This document shows positions 55,001-64,000 of a DNA stretch of 64,000 bases, piece by piece (the stretch's first letter is position 1; every line of letters begins with the position of its first letter). The notes beneath the pieces were generated by a model. The model saw only the letters and a program-made list of their open reading frames with translations, was not told the DNA's origin and searched no databases. The position numbers and the translations under genes were made by a program. This stretch comes from Chrysomallon squamiferum (lineage: Eukaryota > Animalia > Mollusca): NCBI GenBank assembly GCA_012295275.1, contig CM022676.1, positions 4,898,001-4,962,000 of the forward strand, written 5' to 3'.

Positions 55001-55692
55001 TATTTAAAACACTGAGGTGCCCTATTAGTTGCAAGATGAGACTGTTTCTAGTACCAGAATAAAGTAATTAAAAACAAATTACAGTTGTAACAGGCATTAA
55101 ATAGTTCTAAAGATTTCTGAAGTAATCAAAATAAGGAAATGAGCAAATTAATTTGAGATCACTACCCACATTTTATACAGAAAGATAAATGCATGTTTAA
55201 TGCCAGTTTTAGCTATTTCATTTTCCATCATTAATCACGTAATGTGCTAAATTAACATTTTATCCAGAATTATACTGTAAATGAGGAATTAGCCTGGAAT
55301 AAAATTTAAATATGTTTTACTCCCTTTCAGCAGTAATGTGATGTAAATAACACCATTAAACACCATTCTTACCTACTTTCAGAGTTAACAAATCCAATGT
55401 AAATAATTCATTAAACAGACGTTCTACTCACCTTCAGCATTAACAAATGTTATGTAAATAACATCATTTTTCCTTCTTAAATCAGCTATTTCTCCTCCAC
55501 CCCTCCTGGGATTATCAAAGTAATATTCAATACAATCATTACTTGTTTCTGGACTGAAACCTCGGACTTCAATTGTCTTAGATTCATCTTTATCATCTTG
55601 AGACAAACTGTTGTCAGTCATGTCTTCTGATTTCACTTCTGGCTCATAAACTGACTCTTCAGTCTCTGTCTTTTCTAATGCTTTTCACTCAT
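46761..55692 (-). CDS. PARP14: P1: full-length PARP14-like mono-ADP-ribosyltransferase (RRM, KH-like region, one macrodomain, KH, WWE, ART H-Y-L), ~1225 aa if three 1-nt indels are corrected
   Basis: Exons 55692-55432, 54024-52291, 51614-51144, 50395-50211, 49640-49226, 47873-47722, 47477-47306, 47049-46761, all GT-AG with matching phases. RRM: SKTIEVRGFSPETSNDCIEYYFDNPRRGGGEI. Macro: DITEMNVDVIVSAANEKLDHTGGLAKAI...IIHAVGPVW...IAIPALSCGI. WWE: VQWFY...IEKAY...[43 protein letters not shown]. As assembled it lacks 1 nt in the run at 55682-55685 (next in-frame ATG at 55621) and has +1 insertions near 47038 and 46865. The symbol denotes family similarity; orthology is not tested. Confidence 0.85.
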
Positions 55693-58354
55693 AATTCTGT
55701 CAACAGCTGAAATACGTTAGTATAATTAATTGTTTCCATGTTAAAATTATTATTATTTGGCCAGAATATTTCTGAATGAAAAGAAAACACAGTTAACAAA
55801 GTTCATTGGTTTGTTTTCTTGACTTTCTTCACAAACAACAAATAAACAGAAACAGTTTTACTATTAACAACAATTAAATCAATAGTTCTTATTTTATATT
55901 AAAATATTCACTCCGAAAACAATTTCTTTGATCAATAGCACTGTCTGTTCCTTTTAATGCAAGGAATTTAAAATATTGACCTATCTTCTTGACATTCAGT
56001 AAATCTATATAATGATCAACTGCACCACTCTCTGGACTATTTACAAATATCTGTGTAACAATTCTCTATTAGTGATAGCATCTTAGGTGCATTGAGTCTC
56101 TTAACTTAAAACATTCTGTTTTACCTTAATTCCTGTTGTTCTCATAATTAATAATAAATATTATTTTTTTATTTTTATTTTTATTTTTTTATTTTATGTG
56201 TGTATGTTTTTCTTTATTAATGAGAAGAAAAAAGAGAGAATGTTTCTGAATAAAGAAATAAGACAAATACTGGTTCCAAAACAATTCCTTTGAATCTCAT
56301 TTACCTGTGTTACATTTTACTTATTTTATTAATGAATATCTTCAACATAATAATAATAATAATAACAACCACAAAATTAAAAAAATAATAATAATAACTG
56401 AAAATTGAGAGTACATCAATCAATAAATAAATAAACAAACAATAATAATAATAAAAGAAAATAATACTAATAAATGAAAAATGAAAATAAATAAATAAAT
56501 AAATAAGAGTTTTAACATAGAACTATCTTGTCTTGCCTCAGACATACACACATTAATTGACATCAGTCTCAATCTTTGTCAGACAGACCAATGTTACTAA
56601 ATGATAGAACATTGTTGGCTTCTTACAGGGTCCCATGTTCATATAAAACTTAAAAGTACATAAAATTAGGGAACCCTGGTCCTGGGAGATATGTTCATCC
56701 CTGAATCTGCTGAAGTCCCTGGCTGTTTGTAAATAGGAAACATGACAAACAAACAAACATAATACATTTATGTGTGTGTGTGTGTTAGACAGTTATTAAT
56801 ATAATAATTAGGTGTAGCTGTTATATTTTTTGTTTCTCTTAGAAATATATTACTAAAACAAACATGAAGAATAATTATGTACCATAAATATCATTGAAAT
56901 TGAGGTCGCTCAGCATTTCAATGTCAAATAAGTTACTCACTTAATTTGTAAATAATTAATGTATATGTTTGATAGTTCAGTTTCACAATTCTCCTCTATA
57001 CAGTTTGTTTAATGAAGCTTTCAGATTAACTAACTCTGAATATATGATAAATAATTTACACACAGGAAAATTATTTATATGTAAATCAATTCATTACTTA
57101 TTCATGAAATAATTGTTTAGAAACTATTTTGTTGTATCTGCTTTTTCCATAAAGGTATTATTGTTGTTGCTGTTGTTATTGTTATTATTGTTATTATTGT
57201 TATTATTATTATTATTATTATTAATATTATTATATGAGTTATCGTCAGAAAATATACACTGTAGCAAAATATTTATTAAAACATCTAATCACAGATGTTG
57301 ATTTAAAACAGCAACAGTTTAAGTTTAGCAAAATTCCATACTAAAATTATAGTTATTTTTCATTTTTCTTGAGCGAACCTATTAGTGAATAGAACAGGCA
57401 GACCTATTAATGAATAGAAAAACAATGTAAATTTCCACTTACATTCTGTTTCAAACATCTTATCCATCCAAATTAATGAAAACCAGAAATGAACAGTGAA
57501 AACTTCCTGCCTTCTCTTCCTGATACAATTATGAGCAATAATTGTTTTTCAGGAATAGAGAATATCACCGTGCATGTGCCCGTTGCTAGGTGGGTAATGG
57601 ATAAAAACAGTAGATCTTGTCAAAATAACATATCACTGTGCATGTAAATAGCCCGTTTGCTCATGGTAATTCCGTTGACACAATTAACTGATCTAACTGA
57701 TCTTGTCAAAAACATCTGGACCCTACTGGGGATGGGAAATTCTTACAACATCTAAAAAAACAAACAACAAATGAAATTAATGAAATGGTTCAGATAACTC
57801 TGAACAAATAGTCCCACAATATGTTGAGGTCATGAAAACCAGTCATATAATAATAATATGTTACTCCAAAATAAATGGGGGTTTTAAGCATAAAGTATAA
57901 CTTGTTGTTAACCAATTACACTAACAATAGACTATAATTACCTGGTTTTAACACAAACACAAACAAAATATTTAATTAAACATGTTACTGTAGGTTTTGT
58001 TTGTTGAACATAATGTGTGGCCATGTTGACAGTGTTCAGTCAGAGATGTGTCTGCAACAAAGGTGTAAATACTCTGGCTGTAAATGGCACCACTACAAAG
58101 ACTTGCTGAACATACACCTGCCACCCCCATCATCTGGATCCGAATTGTTTTGAGAGGTGGTTTTTCAATTTACTACCATTTTTGTAGGCAGGGGTGAGGG
58201 GTGGCAGGCTGGATAACAGCATTTATATATATCAATATAAGACTTACGAATTCGATACATTTTCAGTTATGTTTTAGGAGAATGTCCCGCCTCATCGATT
58301 TCAGTTTGTTGTGGCTACAGGTTTGATGAAAGTGAATAAAGATTCTAAATTTAG

Positions 58355-58385
<31 letters not shown>

Positions 58386-58397
58386 CTGTGGTCAGTA

Positions 58398-58456
<59 letters not shown>

Positions 58457-58460
58457 CACA

Positions 58461-58496
<36 letters not shown>
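58355..58496. repeat. Compound (TG)n-(TA)n-(CA)n microsatellite, quasi-palindromic
   Basis: A TG run and a CA run flank a long TA run, immediately adjacent to the ISRE-like motif. Confidence 0.85.
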
Positions 58497-58497
<1 letters not shown>

Positions 58498-58498
<1 letters not shown>

Positions 58499-58512
58499 GG
58501 AAACTGAAACAG
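58498..58512. promoter_or_regulatory. ISRE/IRF-E-like motif upstream of PARP14-like P1
   Basis: GGGAAACTGAAACAG (reverse complement CTGTTTCAGTTTCCC) matches the GAAANNGAAA consensus. It lies ~250 bp upstream of a minus-strand GTAAGT donor (58247-58242) that could close a non-coding first exon. Confidence 0.35.
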
Positions 58513-59799
58513 CTTAACAAGGAGACAGATATAAAGAATCTGAATTACAATGTTTTTGTCTTTATCCATTTCTAGTTTTAGAAAGTTGGAAAATCTTCTT
58601 TTGGAGATATGAGGTGTAAACATTCAGTGGTTTGATTTTGTTTGTGATTTCTCCCCCCTCCCTTTTTGAGATTTGGGTGTATTATAATAATAATTACTTA
58701 TTAATTCAACTTAATATTAACAAATATATTTATTATATTAATTATATTTCATTAGAACTTTTATTTTTCTGTGTACCAATATCATATATCAGAATCATGA
58801 ATTTGTTTCTGTGTTTTAGCAAACTACTATTCCTTTAATTTACAATATATTTATTTATCCAAACCCTACCAAATTTTCATCTACATTAGATAATTAATTA
58901 ACATCAAATAAATAAAAATCACAAGCATTCAGTTATTATTTATAAAACATTTTATTATTAAAATTTTAACATCTGTCAATACATTTTTAGTATAAATGCA
59001 ATCAAATTCTTACAATACATTAGCACACATGTATAAGTAAAATAATAATAATAATAATATTAATAAATGCTGGAAAAAAAAAGGGCAGGGTGTCAAAAAA
59101 CAGATCTAAGCAGTAACATAATAATAATCCTGTAATCAACATGTAATATATACATTCTTTATTATTAATAATTCTAAAATTAAATCTGATATATTTTGAA
59201 GTAATGATGATTGTTTATATACCCAAATATGGAAAGAAGTGATTAAAATAACAAAAAAACAACAACAAAACAAAAACCACAAATCCAAACAGTATATATA
59301 TATATAAGATCAAAAAGTAATTTAAGTCTAACTTTAAAAGGAGCAAAATAAATACTTCTTTTAAAATGTATTAATTATGATGCACTGTCCATTAAAATAA
59401 ATAGAATAATGATGTCATTGTTAATCTAAGTTGCTATGACACTGATGTCATAACATAGGTTTAATCCAAGGATTTTCTGATTTTAATTGTTTATTTATTT
59501 ATTTTTATTGTTATTATTATTATTATTATTATTTAATGTTTTTGTAGTGGTGGAAGTATGGGAGAGATCATGATACAGTGTATAATGATACTGATGGCAG
59601 TAACAGGCATCGTAATATAGTTGTCATTACAATAACGGTAGTGGTACTAGTTATGGTAATACAGTAAATAATAGAAGAAAAAATACATTTTGACATTGCA
59701 TCATTAAAAATTATAATAATAGTTGTTATTACAATAATGGCAGTGGTACTAGTAATGGTAATACGATAAATAATAGAAGAAAAATACATTTTGGCACTG

Positions 59800-60110
59800 C
59801 ATCATTCCTTCCCTTTTAATCCTAATCCTGAACTGTAATGGTAATTCCCTAAATAATAAAAGAAAAAATCCATTGTGGCACTGATCTTGAACTGTGTATT
59901 CCTTCCCTCTTTAATCCTAATTCTGAACTGTGTGATCCTTCCCTCTTTAATCCTAATCCTGAACTGTGTGATCCTTCCCTCTTTAATCCTAATCCTGAAC
60001 TGTGTGATCCTTCCCTCTTTAATCCTAATCCTTAAGTTTGTTATCCTTCCCCTATCACCCTAATGCTGAAGTTTGTGATCCTTCCCGATTCACTCCTAAG
60101 TTGGATTCAT
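59800..60110. repeat. Minisatellite, 36-bp unit ATCCTTCCCTCTTTAATCCTAATCCTGAACTGTGTG (~4 good plus several degenerate copies)
   Basis: Period 36 read directly (59941, 59977). Confidence 0.85.
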
Positions 60111-60680
60111 TTGATCCTTCACGCTAATGTTGTTCACTTTTACAAACATTTGTACCTGTTTATCTGATATAAATATAAATAATATTTTTTAAAAATTACC
60201 TAGCAAAATATGTAAAGAACAATGATTAAGAAATAAACTTTATATTTGCATAACAAAATAAAGATAAATTTAATAATACAATGTTATTATTATTTTTCCA
60301 CAATTTCACAGAAAATGTTTAATATTTCCAGTGATGTGACAACATTTTAGATAACCATTCTTATGTCACATGGCTAACAATATTTGATAAATAAACTTTT
60401 AGTTCTTAAATTTTGTATACAAATAAACAAAATGATAATTAAAATAGAAAAAGTACTTCAATCACACATACACAGTCAAATAAAAATCCAAACAAAATTA
60501 TTGCTACTTATCTAAAGAGCAGTAATGATAAAATAAAATTTTGAAATAAATTGTTTTACAATTTGTTCACATGTCTCAAAAAACAAAGCTGAAAAAGAAG
60601 AATGTATCTAAAACAAATTTTGAATTAAAAAAAAAAAAAAAAGCATTACTGGTTGAAAACACTTCATTTTATACAGCTAT

Positions 60681-62188
60681 TCAGAGAGTGAATGTTATGA
60701 GATAATCAGGGTATGCTTGAGTGTCATTGAAAATGACGTACAGTCCAGGGTTAGCAACATTATCAACAACAGAATCAAACAAGAGAACTTGATTTGATGA
60801 TTTCACTGGTGGAACACGCATTCCTATTTGTCCTCTAGTAAAATCACCAGTAAGAACTGAGGCGTAGTACATGTGTTTATAACCTTGTGAATCTGGTCGT
60901 GAAAATGTGTTATTGAGCAGAATAAATTGCATTAACAGCAAAATACACTCCATCTCCAAATAAGGTAGCTGAAAAAACATAAAAACAATCAGAAAATTAT
61001 ATATGTTCAAATTATTAAAATATTATATCCTACATAAATATTAACATAGTAATGTTCCAGTTATTTTAATAATTTAATGAGTGGCAACAAGTGATTTCTA
61101 AAGTTTATTTTAAAGAACCAGGCTAAAGTTTTGTCATTTCCTTTATTATTCTTTGTTACATAACAGTTTATTATTATATATACTATAATCATATTACTAA
61201 TATTTGGCAGATGTTATTTTACTTACCTTTTTTCCCACAGTAACTTCTGTTGAATCCATGGGTATTCAGAGAAACAATAGCATCAACACTTGTCCCATGC
61301 CACAGTTTTCTTTCTGCAGGTTGACTGCTTTGTTTAGTTATCTGCTTTTTCTTAGCTACATACTGCTGGTATAATGTTTTATTCTGTATTCTTTCAATCT
61401 GAAATGGCAAAACAGAGATATCAAATGTAAAACTGAAATAAATAAAAGATGAGATCATGCAAACATCAACATCACAATCATTCTGATTTAAAAATACTTG
61501 ATATCGTAAGAAAGATTGTTATTATCTGAAAGTGTATTTAATTGTTAATTACATTTCTTATTAATGCATTTTACTTTTTCAAAGTTAGAAATCTATAATT
61601 TATATGTTGTTTTATAATTCTGAAAGGACAGAGAGAAAAAACCTTAATTATTTTTGCTGTTCGTTGTTGAACTGAGTTTAAAAATTCCTGTGAAACACTC
61701 TGATAATCAGCATCAGAAGTCTGCAGAGTGACCACTTTCAAGTCTTCATCTTCTCCCATTGGTGTCCAGTGACTTGGTGCTTCAAAAGCAGGAACTGATT
61801 TGGAAAGAAAAACAATTTTTACATTTTGAATTCACATTTTAATCTTTTTTTTTTTTTTTTTACCCCAGTTAATTGTTAATATATCAAAATGATTTATCTT
61901 TTAAGTGCAAGAATTTCTTTTTTGTTTAAATGCCATTTAAAAAAAAAAATGATTACATAAAAGAATTTAACATGGTGAAATATAGCAGCCAAGTATTAGT
62001 TAAAACATAGACTGAAAGAGTTACTGATGTGAAAAACATGTTGGTATTTATTTTATTTTATTTTTTCATTGTAAATTTGATGTGATGCAAATCACTGTGG
62101 CATTCAGTTTTAGGATCATTCAAAGGTTCACATTATCTTATAACTGACCTAAAATAACAACTGACAGGGTATTACATCAGATGGGTAT

Positions 62189-62222
<34 letters not shown>

Positions 62223-64000
62223 AATAAATAAATGAACTGAACTTCAATACCTTACATCTCAAAAACAAAACCGAAAAACCCACATTTTTTAACTTTCTAA
62301 AAATGGATATTGTCAATTATTGTCCAGAATGTCAAGTTAATATTGTAGTAGATTTTACCATCTTAACAGTGGAATCCTCTTCCATGGAAAACCATTTTGT
62401 GTAATATTTACCATTTTTTTGGTTTTCCTAATTTTTGTCATTTTGTTTGACTTTTTACAAGATTTCAACTGAAGTGCAAGATACTACAGAATCAGATTTC
62501 TCTGTAATCATGGATTGTTTCCTCCACATGTCAAACATTCTGTTAGGTAATCTTTTTTTAATAAGCACTTTTCTTTCAGTGGATCCAGTTTGTCTATTTT
62601 TAAAATTTGAAGTTTGACTTTTTCTGGCAAACATTCCCACAGATTTCTTAGTGAAACAAATCAAAGTAAGTCCTTATCTGAGGTGATGAAAACTAAAATA
62701 GCTAAAATATTTTGTTCAAGTTTTTTTGTCTATATATATATATTTTAATTTAAGAAAGTTGAAAAATTTGTTTTGGAATTTTTTTTTTGTTATTTTTTTT
62801 TTTGCCTTTTTTTTTTTTTTTTATATATTTTATTTATTTATTATTTTTTTTTTCTTTTTGCCTATGTAATGTATATTGGGTATAACAGAAAAGTAAACAA
62901 ATTAAAACCTACAAAACAGTAATTTAAAAAAAAAATGACTTTATTCACTGAGTGCTGATAAACATTTTACATATAAATATTAAGTAATAATAATAATAAT
63001 AATAATAATACCTTTCATAAGATCCTTGCGGACAACTTCGACTCTATCATTTCTATCATTTTCAGGATATTCTTCCATAGTATTAAAGTCAATGATGTAT
63101 TTCTGTCCTGATGCTTCTAGACTGACATACCATTGTTTGTCTCTATAAGCTTTCTCTATTATTCCATTCACACTCTTATCATATTCCACTTGGTTTGTTT
63201 GACCTTGTTGATCCACTTCAACATAAAACCACTGAACCATATTGGAAAGGATATTAGCCATGTCTTGTTCTGATTCTAAGCGATCAAACTCTCTGAGAAG
63301 TTTCTGAACAAGTTCATAAGCATTGTACACATCCACTTGTAGTCCCTCAATTGTAATCATATCTCCCTTTTCAGTGAACATTACTGTTACTGAAAAGTAA
63401 TCTTGAAGATCAAGTATTTTGTTCATCTGAAAAAAAAAAAAAAAAAACCTGGTTTGTACCATGCAGCGAATCATCACACTTCACAAACCTGAAACAGTGT
63501 AAACAGTTCACCATTAGATATTGTAAACATTGTGATGTAGATAAACATGTTCACCATTAGACATTGTAAACTTTTATTAGGTAGACATTGTAAACATTTT
63601 TATGTAGATAATTAAATATGTTAATTGTAAATGTTGCGATGTAGATAATTAGACATTAGTCAAAGCAAACATTTTGGTATAGATAACTGAATAGGTTCAA
63701 CATGAGATATTGTAAACACTTGTGGTGTAGATAATTAAATATGTTCAACATGAGACGCTCTAATATTTGTATGTAGATAATTAAAAATGTTCAACGTGTC
63801 ACCCTCTAGCCATTTGTTTGTAGATAATTGATTAGGTTCAACATGAAACTGTAAACATTGTGGTGTAGATAATTAAATATGTTCATTTACAAAAACATTC
63901 TTTTAGAGGTTACATTATTCTGTAATAATCAACTGTTGTTTATTAAACAACTCAGTTGAATGGTGATGTGAAAACTTCATCTGCAGCGAATTCTTTTGAA
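60681..64000 (-). CDS. PARP14: P0: 3' part of another PARP14-like gene (KH-WWE and ART exons), 5' end outside the window; one +1 frameshift as assembled
   Basis: Exons 63426-63012, 61794-61643, 61398-61227, 60968-60681 homologous to P1. Motifs LWHGT, [32 protein letters not shown]. An extra base near 60913 gives a premature TAA. Intron homology to P1 continues to the window edge. Confidence 0.75.

Noticed and set aside
59875-60063. ORF with repeated LILILNCVILPS and TCCTAA telomere-like hexamers
   Set aside because: Translation of a 36-bp minisatellite; not a canonical telomeric array.

Overview
This is eukaryotic (invertebrate animal, probably mollusc-like; taxon is inference only) genomic DNA that is very AT-rich and dense in microsatellites. 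Most ORFs in the supplied track are spurious. I reconstructed two tandem gene clusters by hand from GT-AG splice sites and exon phases, arranged tail to tail. (1) On the + strand, 0.7-24 kb, are two paralogous 9-coding-exon genes for secreted zona pellucida (ZP)-domain proteins: signal peptide, ZP-N, ZP-C, RRRR furin site and hydrophobic C-terminal anchor. Gene A (~575 aa) is intact and carries a large PTT(Q/T/A)K mucin-like repeat. Gene B (~350 aa) lacks the repeat and has two +1 frameshifts as assembled. (2) On the - strand, 32.8-64 kb, is a PARP14-like mono-ADP-ribosyltransferase array. It contains the 3' half of one copy (P0, runs off the window) and one full-length copy (P1: RRM, KH-like region, single macrodomain, KH, WWE, ART). 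Downstream of P1 lie two 5'-truncated cassettes at ~8.0-8.4 kb period: P2 is an intact reading frame with a degenerate NAD+ site and is splice-phase compatible with P1's macrodomain exon, and P3 is a broken remnant. Also present are a Tc2-like MITE, a hAT-like MITE with its empty site in the sister duplicate, a Sola2-like transposon remnant, minisatellites and an ISRE-like motif upstream of P1. Several frameshifts look like consensus artefacts between paralogs rather than true lesions.
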